Below are positions 36,658 to 46,149 of a stretch of DNA of 64,000 nt, piece after piece. Source of the DNA: Chloroflexota bacterium (lineage in GTDB: Bacteria > Chloroflexota > UBA11872 > VXOZ01); NCBI GenBank assembly GCA_963662335.2, contig CAXXVD010000001.1, positions 256,001-320,000 on the forward strand. Direction: 5' to 3'. Below the pieces are notes generated by a model. That model searched no databases, was not told the DNA's origin, and saw only the letters and a list, made by a program, of their open reading frames with translations. The number at the start of each line of letters is the position of its first letter. The first letter of the stretch is position 1. A program made the translations under genes and the position numbers.

Positions 36658-39243
36658 CTACGGGAGCACGATGCGAAGCACGGCCCCCCCGAAAGTGAGC
36701 ACGTACACCTCGCCATCGGCATCGGTGCCGAATGACGAGACCGACCGCGGACTCACGGCAACCTCAACCACGTCGCCGCCATCCGGAGGCAGCGCCCACA
36801 GTTGCCCGCGGCAGAAGTCCGAGAAGAGGTAGTGCCCGACGAGCGCCGGGATGGCTTTCCCACGGTACACCAGGCCGCCCGTAACCGAGCAACCGAGGTG
36901 GTGGCCGTACTCCACCACAGGCAGGACGGTGCCGTCCGTATCACACCCCGTCGGGGGACTGTTGCAACGTGTGCCTTCAAGACGGTTCCAGCCGTAATTG
37001 CCACCGGCCTCAACGCGGTCGATCTCCTCAATGTCTGCTCGTCCCACGTCGGCCGCCCACAGCACGCCGGTTGCCGGGTCGAACGCCATGCGCCACGGGT
37101 TGCGGAACCCGTACGCCCAGATCTCGGGTCGCGCCCCCGGTACATCGACGAACGGGTTATCGGGCGGGATGGCGTAGGGCGAGGCTGTTGAGGCTTCACG
37201 GACGTCGATGCGGATGATACTGCCCAGCAGGGTTCCCAGATCCTGGGAATTGCGGTCGAACGAGCCGTCGCCCAACCCGAGGTACAGCATTCCGTCGGGC
37301 CCGAAGCGGATGCTGCCGCCGTTGTGGTTCGCGAACTGCTTTTCGATTTCCATGACCACGAGTTCGGAGCCGGAATGCACCCGTCGCAGGTCATCGAGGT
37401 CCACCGAGAAGCGCGAGAGCCGCGTCCTGCGCGGCGCACCCTTCACTGAGTAGTAGACCCAGAGGTGGCCGGTCTCCTCGAAGCGTGGGTCAAGGGCGAC
37501 GCTGAGGAAACCCTCCTCGGTGCCCGCCAACGATACGCGGTCAGTGATGTCGAGCAACTCAACGGCCTCGTCGCCATCGGGGTGCAGCAGCAGGATACGG
37601 CCTTCCCTCTCGGCTACGAACGCGCCGGGGCCGGCTTCGCCGGATGGCCCGATCGGGTACGCGCCAATCTCGACCGGCTGCTCGAACTCCCGTCCGCCGA
37701 ACACCTCCTGGAGTGCGACCGCGAGCAGAACCTGGGAGGGCTGGGGGGCCGTGGCCGGCGGCGTGACACGAACCGGTACCGGACTGCCCGGAATCTCCCC
37801 GCTCAGTTGGTTCCCGTGGAGGCGCAGGTCCGTCAGTTTGGCAAGGCTAAGCAACCCCGGCGGAATCTCGCCGCTCAACTGGTTGTTGTGGAGCCACAGC
37901 CGTTCTAGATTCGCGAGGTGAGCCAACTCCGGCGGTATCTCGCCGCTCAACCGGTTGTAGCTGAGCTTCATCTCTCTCAGGTTGGTTAGGTTTCCCAGTT
38001 CCGGCGGAATTTCCCCGTTCAACCGGTTGTCACCGATCCTCAACTCTCTCAGGTTGGCGAGATTGCCGAGTTCAGCCGGAATCTTCCCCCTCAGTTGGTT
38101 CCGGTGGAGCCTCAGCAAACCCAGGTTCGCGAGGCTGCCCAGTTCCGGCGGTATCTCCCCGCTCAACTGGTTGTTGTGGAGGTACAGCCCCGTCAGATTG
38201 GTGAGGCTGCCGATTTGCGGAGGTATCTTCCCACTCAGCCCGTTTTCCTGGAGGTACAGCCATCTCAGGTTCGCGAGGCTGCCCAACTCCGGCGGTATTT
38301 CCTCGGTCAGCCGGTTGCTGTCGAGCCACAGCACGGTGAGGCTGGCAAGGCTGCCCAACTCCGGCGGTATCTCCCCGCTCAACTGGTTCCGGTGGAGGCG
38401 CAACTCCTTCAGTTTGGCAAGGCTGCCCAGTTCTGGCGGAATCTTCCCGCTCAACTGGTTGTTGTCGAGCCACAGCCGATTCAGGTTGGCGAGGCTGCCC
38501 AACTCCGGCGGTATTTCCCCGCTCAACTGGTTTCCGCTGAGCCACAGCGATGCCAGGTTTGCGAGGCTGCCCAACTCCGGCGGAATCTCCCCGCTCAACC
38601 GGTTATTATCGAGCTTCAACTCTCTCAGGTGGGTTAGGTTCCCAAGCTCTGGCGGCATTTTCCCGCTCAACTGGTTCCGGTGGAGGCGCAGGTACGTGAC
38701 GCGTCCCCTTGCGTCAACGACAACGCCATACCATTCTCCGATTGGCGCACTGCTCAGCCACTTGCTGCTGTACTTCCACTTTTCGCCGCCCGTGGCGTTG
38801 AACAGGGCGACGAGCGCCTCTCTGTCCCGCGGCACGGCCGTTGCGGTCACGTCAGGTGTTGGTCTCGGAGGCGGGGTTGAGATGGGAATAGGGGTAGCGA
38901 CGCTGCCACCGGGGGCGTAGTCGGCTTCCCATGGGAAGCGTTCGGTATTGAGGCGCTGGACGAGGCCGTTGGGGCCGTTGATCCAGGTGCGGTAGCCGTC
39001 GGTGAAGGCGGTCCAGTTGTCGGCTTTGCGCCAGGCGAGGAGGCCGCCGGTGGTATGCTGCAGGGCATCGCCATTGGCGCCGTGGTGCTGGTTCTCCAAG
39101 CACTCACCGACGACCTCGTGGCCGATAAGATCGCGCAGGGTCTTGAAGCCCAGCACAAACTCGCAATTGGCGGCGTGAACCGCACTCGGCGCGAGCAGCG
39201 CCATGAGAAGACCGAGAATGAGCAGACTAAGGCGTTTCAACAC
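36658..39243 (-). CDS. Secreted multidomain protein: N-terminal Cys-containing domain, 13 plant-type LRRs, PQQ glucose/sorbosone-dehydrogenase-type beta-propeller
   Basis: Signal peptide ending VHA-A; 24-aa repeats LxxLxLxxNxLSGEIPPELGxLxN; C-terminal NHNGGSIRFGPDGMLYLGLGDG, EIWAYGFRNPWR, GGNYGW. Confidence 0.9.
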   Translation of the reverse strand: MLKRLSLLILGLLMALLAPSAVHAANCEFVLGFKTLRDLIGHEVVGECLENQHHGANGDALQHTTGGLLAWRKADNWTAFTDGYRTWINGPNGLVQRLNTERFPWEADYAPGGSVATPIPISTPPPRPTPDVTATAVPRDREALVALFNATGGEKWKYSSKWLSSAPIGEWYGVVVDARGRVTYLRLHRNQLSGKMPPELGNLTHLRELKLDNNRLSGEIPPELGSLANLASLWLSGNQLSGEIPPELGSLANLNRLWLDNNQLSGKIPPELGSLAKLKELRLHRNQLSGEIPPELGSLASLTVLWLDSNRLTEEIPPELGSLANLRWLYLQENGLSGKIPPQIGSLTNLTGLYLHNNQLSGEIPPELGSLANLGLLRLHRNQLRGKIPAELGNLANLRELRIGDNRLNGEIPPELGNLTNLREMKLSYNRLSGEIPPELAHLANLERLWLHNNQLSGEIPPGLLSLAKLTDLRLHGNQLSGEIPGSPVPVRVTPPATAPQPSQVLLAVALQEVFGGREFEQPVEIGAYPIGPSGEAGPGAFVAEREGRILLLHPDGDEAVELLDITDRVSLAGTEEGFLSVALDPRFEETGHLWVYYSVKGAPRRTRLSRFSVDLDDLRRVHSGSELVVMEIEKQFANHNGGSIRFGPDGMLYLGLGDGSFDRNSQDLGTLLGSIIRIDVREASTASPYAIPPDNPFVDVPGARPEIWAYGFRNPWRMAFDPATGVLWAADVGRADIEEIDRVEAGGNYGWNRLEGTRCNSPPTGCDTDGTVLPVVEYGHHLGCSVTGGLVYRGKAIPALVGHYLFSDFCRGQLWALPPDGGDVVEVAVSPRSVSSFGTDADGEVYVLTFGGAVLRIVLP
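37789..38700 (-). repeat. 72-bp coding tandem repeat (13 LRR units)
   Basis: Recurrent ggctgcccaactccggcggtatctccccgctcaactggtt-like units with a 72-nt period. Confidence 0.92.
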
Positions 39244-39543
39244 AGCACCCCATTTACGGCGCGTGGAAACCTGCCGCTTGTCACAGCAGCGGCGCTCGTG
39301 TTGTGAGCCGCAAGCGAATACGCACGTTTTGAGACCAGTCGTCCCTGGAGGGAGTTATTGCATAGACCATCCACATTCTAGCATAGGTAGACATAGAACG
39401 GAGTGGTTAGAGCGGGAGGCAGTAGCGGACTAGGACGTTTCCTCTCGGTGAGACCTTTGCGTAACTTTGCTAATCTGCCGGCGCAATGCGGGCGCCCACT
39501 CACTAGAGAGGGCTGGAAGAGGCAACAGTTCGCCGCTTCGCTC

Positions 39544-40374
39544 TCACGCAGGTGCCAGCGGCAAATCGAGGAACTCCGCGAAGGTCTCCAGATACGCTTC
39601 GCCGCCCACGTAATGCACGTCGTTGTGGTCGGCGCCGCGGACGATGTAGCGTTGCTTGGGCTCGTTGGCGATGGCGTAGAGCGTATCGGCGTGGTTAGGG
39701 GGCACGGTGCGGTCGCGGTTGCCGTGGATGATGAGCACCGGCACATGAACGGCGGCCAGGTGCTCGCGGTTACTGTAGCGCGTGTAGAGCAGGGGGCCCA
39801 GCGGCAGGAACGGGAGCAGTACCCTCGCCATGTCCGGCGAGGACGTGAACGCCGATTCCAGTATCAGCCGGTACGGCGCTTCCTCAGTGGCAAGGCGCGA
39901 CGCCACCGCGCCGCCCAGCGACCGGCCGTAGTAGACGATGCGCGCCGAGTTCACGTCGTCGCGAGAGTGAAGATACGCCAGCGCGTCGCGGGCATCCTGG
40001 TAGAGGCCCTCCTCAGAAGGCGTGCCGGCGCTCCTGCCATACCCGCGATAGTCGAAGATGAAGAAACTCACGCCCAGCCGGTCGTGCAGCCGCTTGATGA
40101 ACTCCACCCGCCCCGGGTGCGACAGATTGCTGGCATTGCCGTGAAACCACAGGACGGTTACGTCCGCGCGGCCAGGCACGAACCACCCGTGCAACCTCTC
40201 TCCTTCCCCAAACCAAACGTCCTCATACGCAAGCCCAATCTCAGCGGGCGTCATATGGGTCTCGCGATCGGGAAAGTAGATGAATTTGTCTTCCAGCCGC
40301 AGCACGCGCGCCAATAGCAGCAGACCGGCCAGGACGAGTACCGCGATGAGAATGCTCGTGCCCATGTTCCGCAT
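39544..40374 (-). CDS. Membrane-anchored alpha/beta hydrolase (ABHD13/Bem46-like)
   Basis: FHGNA, DYRGYG, GRSLG nucleophile elbow, HGNRD, ADHND. Confidence 0.92.
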   Translation of the reverse strand: MRNMGTSILIAVLVLAGLLLLARVLRLEDKFIYFPDRETHMTPAEIGLAYEDVWFGEGERLHGWFVPGRADVTVLWFHGNASNLSHPGRVEFIKRLHDRLGVSFFIFDYRGYGRSAGTPSEEGLYQDARDALAYLHSRDDVNSARIVYYGRSLGGAVASRLATEEAPYRLILESAFTSSPDMARVLLPFLPLGPLLYTRYSNREHLAAVHVPVLIIHGNRDRTVPPNHADTLYAIANEPKQRYIVRGADHNDVHYVGGEAYLETFAEFLDLPLAPA

Positions 40375-40395
40375 GATTCAATTGACTTCTGGCCG

Positions 40396-41289
40396 TTAGC
40401 CCCTATCGGGGATGTGCTGGTTGGCAAACCAGAAAGAATCTTCCGTAAGCGGCTCCGGTGACTGCTGCATGGAGTTGAAATCCTTGAGCGCCGGGCGCAC
40501 GTCGTCTTCCCAGATGTCCTCGATGTCCGCGAAGGTCAGGGTCTTCCGCGCCGGCTGCACGCGGTCGTATTCCGCCAGCAGTTCCTTGGCGCTGGCGCCG
40601 AGGCTGGCCACGATGTCGGCGTGCATGCGTTCGCCGGCGCGGCGGTCGGACGCGGTGGCGTCATCGCCCATGGCGAAGTGCGGCCCCGGCGTGCCGGTCG
40701 GCGGAATGCGGGTCAGGTCCACGCCGCCCGGCGTCACCGACCAGAGCAGCGACGTTTCACCGCGCCCCGCGTGACCGCCCATGCCTTCATCATCCTCGAA
40801 GCGCGACTCTCCAGTGCCCATGCCAATGGGCATGTGGCAGTGCAGCCGGGTAGCCACGTGCCGCTGCATGATCTCCAGAAACGCCGGAATGTCCGGGCTA
40901 TGCGGCCCGGCGTGGCCGGAGAAGATGATGGCCCCGTGAAAGCCGTGGGCGTCCACGGCGCGAATGTGGTAGCTCATGTTCTTGAAGAACATCCACGGCG
41001 GCACGGACGTCAGCCACGTGCGGTTGTTGCCGATGGTGCGGTCTCCCCAGTTCGCGGAAGTCCCGGCCTCGTGGCAGTGCCAGTACGTGGTCGGCATCAC
41101 CACGCCGCCGTATTGTTCCGCCGCCTCGCGCATATGCCCCTCGGGTCGCAGCGCGTCACACCCCAGCACGTTCTGCGGCCCGTGCGGCTCGCACAACCCA
41201 TAGGGCATGTACACCACCGGAAACGCCGCAATCGCCGCTTCCAACTCGTCGCGGAACATCAGTTCCCAACGCACTTCTCGCCGTTGCAT
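40396..41289 (-). CDS. Creatininase-family amidohydrolase
   Basis: PYGLCEPHGP...GCD, SGHAG, GHAGRGETS metal motifs. Confidence 0.85.
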   Translation of the reverse strand: MQRREVRWELMFRDELEAAIAAFPVVYMPYGLCEPHGPQNVLGCDALRPEGHMREAAEQYGGVVMPTTYWHCHEAGTSANWGDRTIGNNRTWLTSVPPWMFFKNMSYHIRAVDAHGFHGAIIFSGHAGPHSPDIPAFLEIMQRHVATRLHCHMPIGMGTGESRFEDDEGMGGHAGRGETSLLWSVTPGGVDLTRIPPTGTPGPHFAMGDDATASDRRAGERMHADIVASLGASAKELLAEYDRVQPARKTLTFADIEDIWEDDVRPALKDFNSMQQSPEPLTEDSFWFANQHIPDRG

Positions 41290-41508
41290 AGTCCAAGACT
41301 CCTTTTTGCAAGCCGATGCTGACCCTAGTCAGCGCGACCCATTCGTCTTATACTTATTTTAGCGCCAATTCACGCTGAGACTATCTGCCAACTGTTCGTC
41401 AACTGGCATTGTGTAGCCCCATGGTGCCTATCAACTCTGGCCTCAGTCGCCCTCACTCCTTGTCCACACATCTGTTAACTCCTATGAGTCAAGGGCCAAA
41501 ACGATGCG

Positions 41509-42357
41509 TCACGCGCTCTTCTGCAGCTCCCAGACGATCACGATGGGCAATCCCTTCACCGCGGTCTCAGTTAAATCGGGCATTTGCTCAGCGAATCCCA
41601 TTGTAGCGATCTCTCGATTTCCCCAGAGAGGCTCTCGGCATTGCACGACATCGAGACCTGCATTGCTGAAGGCGGTCAGATAGTCCGCTGCCAGGTGGAC
41701 ATGGTTCTTAACAACCCCGTACTCCGTTTGACTTAGCCGGTAGCCACCATGCACACCGAGCAGCACCATCAGGGTATGAACGTCGGAAATGACGACATGC
41801 CCGCCGGGCCGCACGACCCGCGCTAGCTCTCTTATGGGCGGACCCAGGTCGGCACAGTGGGTCAGCGCAAGAGTGCAGACAGCGCAATCCATCGCCCCAT
41901 CGGGCAGAGGGATATCCAGTAGATCGGCAGTCTCAAACTGCGCTGACGGTACCCTCGCCCTAGCCTTCTCCAACATCTCGGCCGTGGCGTCGATGCCCGT
42001 CACCTGATGGCCCAATGCGGCCAGGTAAGCGGCATGCCTGCCGGTGCCGCAGGCTGCGTCAAGTGCCGCGCCAAGGGGGTACCGCGAGAGTAGCTCGTGC
42101 ACTACCGGCTCTTCGGCGAGAATGATCGGGTTGCGCTCAGTGTCGTAGCCAGCGGCCCATTCGGCATAACCGGCAGTGACGGTACGTTCACCCACAGCGA
42201 TGGGGTTCGACCAGGGAGCATCTTCGTACTCTTCGGAAATCTCTAGAATCTTCTGCGCTCTAGCTCTGACGGTGGCTAGATCCAGCATCCAGGACCGCAG
42301 AATCGCAAGCCCTTGTAACCCCAGGATGAAGTCACCGAATTTGGCTTGGTCGGCCAT
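41509..42357 (-). CDS. Class I SAM-dependent methyltransferase
   Basis: LDAACGTGRH, ELARVVRPGG. Confidence 0.9.
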   Translation of the reverse strand: MADQAKFGDFILGLQGLAILRSWMLDLATVRARAQKILEISEEYEDAPWSNPIAVGERTVTAGYAEWAAGYDTERNPIILAEEPVVHELLSRYPLGAALDAACGTGRHAAYLAALGHQVTGIDATAEMLEKARARVPSAQFETADLLDIPLPDGAMDCAVCTLALTHCADLGPPIRELARVVRPGGHVVISDVHTLMVLLGVHGGYRLSQTEYGVVKNHVHLAADYLTAFSNAGLDVVQCREPLWGNREIATMGFAEQMPDLTETAVKGLPIVIVWELQKSA

Positions 42358-42402
42358 GGTTGGGTCTCCTTTGGCTAGGGGCGTTCATATTCAACGAAAG
42401 CT

Positions 42403-43116
42403 CTATTCGATTAGGTCTGAGAGCGACCTGATGGTCGTGTCCGGGCGAACTGTGGTCCCATCCGGAAGACCGTTTCCCCGCGCGTCCATCCATACAGCGT
42501 AGATGCCCACCTGCTGCGCGCCGCGTATGTCGTTTTCCAGGTTGTCGCCGACCATCCAAGCTTCGGAGGGCTCTGCCCCCAAAGCTTCAAGTGCGTTTCG
42601 ATAGACTCTCTCGTCCGGCTTGCCGATCCCGTACTCCCCTTCAATCTGAATGTGGTCAAAGAACTCTCCTAAGGAGAATCTCTCAATCTTAGCTCGCTGT
42701 CCTTCAGCGCTGCCGTTCGTGATCAGACCTAAGCGAATGTTTGCCATCCTCAGCCGCTGCAGGGTTTCTATTGCTCCCGAAAACGGTCGCATCGCCTCAT
42801 TCCTGATTTGATTGTAACGCTCACCCATGCGGGTTACGAGCGGCGAATCGGGAATGTCGAACCGAGCAAAGGCACGCAGCAAGATATAGCGCCGAGCCAG
42901 TTGGAGATCGAGACGGCCCCTTCGCGCGCGCTCCACGTCGCTCCAAAACCAGTCCCGGGCTTGAAGCACGGCAGCCTGGAACTCCTCTGCGGGTACGTCT
43001 CCCAGACTGCCGGCAAACTCGCGGCAGAGATGAAGCCATGCCTCATCGGGGCCTATGTACCAGTCCAGAATCGTGTCGTCGAGATCGAGAAGGATTGCTT
43101 TGGGCAGATTATCCAT
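42403..43116 (-). CDS. HAD-family hydrolase (YjjG/YfnB-like)
   Basis: DLDDT, LITNG, KPD, MVGDNLENDI. Confidence 0.92.
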   Translation of the reverse strand: MDNLPKAILLDLDDTILDWYIGPDEAWLHLCREFAGSLGDVPAEEFQAAVLQARDWFWSDVERARRGRLDLQLARRYILLRAFARFDIPDSPLVTRMGERYNQIRNEAMRPFSGAIETLQRLRMANIRLGLITNGSAEGQRAKIERFSLGEFFDHIQIEGEYGIGKPDERVYRNALEALGAEPSEAWMVGDNLENDIRGAQQVGIYAVWMDARGNGLPDGTTVRPDTTIRSLSDLIE

Positions 43117-43373
43117 GTGGGAGATTATAGTTGCAAAGCCAGGATGAAGCTATAGGAATGGTCGCTCAAGTGCACATTGAGGGCGCGGTGACACGCCACC
43201 TTGGCGTTCGGCTATACTGCACAGAACAGTGTCACTCCAAGCAAGTACGTTTGTGCAACAATGTAGCGTGTTACGCGATGACTAACTGGCGTCTGGCATT
43301 GAATTGCAGCCTGGAGTAGAGCACTTTGCCCGACGGAAGCAGCTTGAAGTAAAGCAAAAGAGGATGATCGAGT

Positions 43374-44282
43374 ATGGCAACCCTAACGTACGATGCCGAA
43401 AGCTGTGTCTACACGTTCGAGACTTCTGAGTTGCAGGGCGCGCTGCGGGCCCACTCGCCGGACCCGCAGGTGGATATTCGGCATGGCATCAGCGATTTGG
43501 CGCACAAGCCGAGCGGGGTGTCCATCATTCATCCCAAGTATTCGGCGCTCAATCTCTTTCGGCTTTTCGCGACGCACTCGGGTCTGGGCGAGCCGCGCCT
43601 CTTCGAGCGGACGGCGAGCGTGGACGGCGACACGCTGACCGTGCATTGGGGCCCGGCTGACGAGCATTTTGCCAGCATTGAGGCGGTCTATCAGGTCAAG
43701 GAGCCGAACCTCATCGACCTGACGATCACGGTGTGCGCGGAAGCCACCTACGAGAGTTACGAAATCTTCCTTTCCAACTACTTCGATCCGCCGCTGCTGG
43801 CGCACGTCTATCTGGCGACGGAACGCTACACCAAGGAACCCGGCGAGGAGGAACTGGTCGCGCCCCAGGAGAACCCGGTCTTCAAGGGCATGGGGCTGGT
43901 GTACACCCGGGACGCCCACGCGGCGCGGCGCTGCGTGGACGGCCGCTGGGAGCGCAAGGAGATGGGGCATCCCACGGCGCAGTTCCGCCCGCAGCGCGAA
44001 TACGCCGCGCCGGTGGCGTTTCAGGCCGATATGGAAGAGCGCGTGGCGGCGGTGCTGATGTCGCGGCCCGCGGACTGCTTTGCCGTCACCAGCGGCTACA
44101 ACACGGACGACCCGGAAGACGCCTGGAAGGCGCAGAACCCGCTCTATCTTTCCCTGTTTGGGAACGATTTCGTGCCGGGCACGGTGCGCACGGCCCACGT
44201 GCGGCTGGCGATCACGGCGCTGGATGACGAGATGTCCCAGCCGCTGGCGCTCTACCGGCAGTTTCTGGCGGACGTGGGTTGA
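43374..44282 (+). CDS. Hypothetical protein (predicted beta-rich; possibly galactose-mutarotase-like)
   Basis: 302-aa ORF with GAGGA RBS and host-like codon usage; fold is a guess. Confidence 0.7.
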   Translation: MATLTYDAESCVYTFETSELQGALRAHSPDPQVDIRHGISDLAHKPSGVSIIHPKYSALNLFRLFATHSGLGEPRLFERTASVDGDTLTVHWGPADEHFASIEAVYQVKEPNLIDLTITVCAEATYESYEIFLSNYFDPPLLAHVYLATERYTKEPGEEELVAPQENPVFKGMGLVYTRDAHAARRCVDGRWERKEMGHPTAQFRPQREYAAPVAFQADMEERVAAVLMSRPADCFAVTSGYNTDDPEDAWKAQNPLYLSLFGNDFVPGTVRTAHVRLAITALDDEMSQPLALYRQFLADVG

Positions 44283-44326
44283 TAGGGTGAGGGCGTGTCT
44301 GTTGAGGGGCCGTTGATGATCGTCGT

Positions 44327-44438
44327 CCGTTCGCCCTGAGCCTGTCGAAGGGTGCAACCGGCAATGGCGAATCTTGGTACACACCCCTTCCGCTCATGCT
44401 TCGACAAGGGCTTCGCGAAGCCCACTCAGCACGAACGG
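44327..44438. repeat. Inverted pair of CCGTTCGCCCTGAGCCTGTCGAAG-family REPs
   Basis: ccgttcgccctgagcctgtcgaaggg ... cttcgacaag...ctcagcacgaacgg. Confidence 0.75.
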
Positions 44439-44466
44439 GAGTGAATAGGGGAAAGGGCTACAGAGC

Positions 44467-45675
44467 ATGAAGAAGCTACGCATCGCCGTAATCGGCGCAG
44501 GCTCCGAACCCGGCGCGCGGGCGCGGGGGTGGATAGAAACCGTGGCGAAACTGACCGACCACTTCGACCTCTGCGCCATTTGCGACATCAACCCGGCGGT
44601 AGCGGAGGAAATCTCCGCGAAACACGGTGTCCGGCAGTCATTCACCAGCGTCGCCGCCACGCTCGATGAAGCCGCGCCGGATCTCGCGCTCATCCTGGTG
44701 CCCACCGACGGACAGTCGGCAGTGGCCGTGGAAGCAGCCAAGCGCGGCATCAACATCATCACCGAAATCCCCTACGGCATCACCCTGGAAGTCGGCGACG
44801 CCATCCGCGACGTGTGCCGGCAGCACGGCGTGGTTTGGGAAATCGCCGAGCAGGTCTGGCTCTGGCCGCAGGAGCAACTCAAGGCCAAGATTGTCGAGTC
44901 CGGCTACATCGGCCCGGTCTCCATGTCCCGCCTCTGGTATGCCAGCGGCGCGTACCACGGCTTCAACGCCGTGCGCATGATCCTGCGCGATTCCGTGCGG
45001 CGCGTGCTGGCCTACGTGACGGAATCGCCGACCGATCAATACCTGACCTACGGCGGCGAGCAGTCAACGACGGTGGTCTGGGAGGCCATGTGGATCGAGT
45101 ACCAACGCGGCGCCATGTGCCTCTACGAGCGCGCGCCGCGGCCGTTCTCCAAGCATTCCCGGCCCAATCACTGGGAAATCGAAGGCGCCAGCGGCCACCT
45201 CGCCGGCCGGGACGTGGTGCTGCTGGCCGGTGAACCCGACCAACCGCAGACGATCCGCGAGCAGTATCTGAACGACGGCGGCGAGCAGGTCTTGGACTAC
45301 GTGTACTTGGACGGCGTCCCCGACTTGCGGTGGGAAAATCCCTACCAGGCGTACCGCGTCGGCAACTTAGACGACGTGGCGAAAGCGGAAATCCTCACGA
45401 GCACGCACCGGGCGATTGCGGATGGCGCGCCCGTGCAGTACGGGCCGGAGGGCGCCCGCGCCGACCTGGAACTCTCCTTCGCCATGGCCGAGAGCCAACG
45501 CCTGGGGAACACCTGGGTGGACGTGCCGCTGCCGGGACCTACGGAGCTTTCGGAGCGCATCGAGCGTCTGTTCGTTGAAACCTACGGCCACGACCCAATC
45601 GCCGGCAGCCGGGAACTGCTCGAGGTGCCGATTGGCCGCAAAGGGGTCTGGTGGCCGGCGGCGCAGTGGCTGTGA
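44467..45675 (+). CDS. Gfo/Idh/MocA family oxidoreductase
   Basis: LRIAVIGAG Rossmann start, AICD, IITEIP (EKP equivalent). Confidence 0.85.
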   Translation: MKKLRIAVIGAGSEPGARARGWIETVAKLTDHFDLCAICDINPAVAEEISAKHGVRQSFTSVAATLDEAAPDLALILVPTDGQSAVAVEAAKRGINIITEIPYGITLEVGDAIRDVCRQHGVVWEIAEQVWLWPQEQLKAKIVESGYIGPVSMSRLWYASGAYHGFNAVRMILRDSVRRVLAYVTESPTDQYLTYGGEQSTTVVWEAMWIEYQRGAMCLYERAPRPFSKHSRPNHWEIEGASGHLAGRDVVLLAGEPDQPQTIREQYLNDGGEQVLDYVYLDGVPDLRWENPYQAYRVGNLDDVAKAEILTSTHRAIADGAPVQYGPEGARADLELSFAMAESQRLGNTWVDVPLPGPTELSERIERLFVETYGHDPIAGSRELLEVPIGRKGVWWPAAQWL

Positions 45676-45678
45676 TTG

Positions 45679-45963
45679 CGCAGGTTACAAACCCGCGCTA
45701 CCGGAAACGCAGTTGCAAACCTGTGGCGCCTGAGCCGTAAGTTTCAAGTCCGCCCTGCCAAAGACGCAGGTTGCAAACCTGCGCTACCGGAAACGCAGTT
45801 GCAAACCTGTGGCGCCTGAGCCGCAGGCTGCAAATCCGCCCTGCCGAAGACGCAGGTTACAAACCTGCGCTACCGGAAACGCAGTTGCAAACCTGTGGCG
45901 CCTGAGCCGTAAGTTTCAAGTCCGCCCTGCCGAAGACGCAGGTTACAGACCTGCGCTACCGGA
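45679..45963 (+). repeat. Higher-order tandem repeat: 3.3 x 86 bp built from REP cgcaggttgcaaacctgcgctac
   Basis: Units start at 45679, 45765, 45851 and 45937; each contains three related 28-29-bp subunits; single copies at 53841-53884 and 57517-57560 (reverse). Confidence 0.9.
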
Positions 45964-45999
45964 GGGAGGGTACGGCCGAACGCGGCGCCTCTACAACTA

Positions 46000-46125
46000 T
46001 GTCATTCCGAGCGCAGCGAGGAATCTAGGGCGCGCTGCGAAAATGCAATAGTCCGTACCTCCAGCGGCGCCATCGCGTCCCGCACGGTAGACTCCTCACT
46101 CCGCGGCGCTCCGTTCGGAATGACA
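46000..46125. repeat. TGTCATTCCGAGCG...GGAATCT family inverted repeat
   Basis: Same arms as 1335-1428 with a different interior. Confidence 0.88.
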
Positions 46126-46149
46126 GTCACGTGACGCAGCACACCCACT

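Noticed and set aside
37982-38920. Repetitive plus-strand ORF (RLARLPNSGGISPLN...)
   Set aside because: Reverse-strand reflection of the LRR tandem repeat.
45679-45963. CRISPR array
   Set aside because: Inter-repeat segments are near-identical to each other and are degenerate copies of the repeat; the same palindrome is dispersed singly elsewhere.
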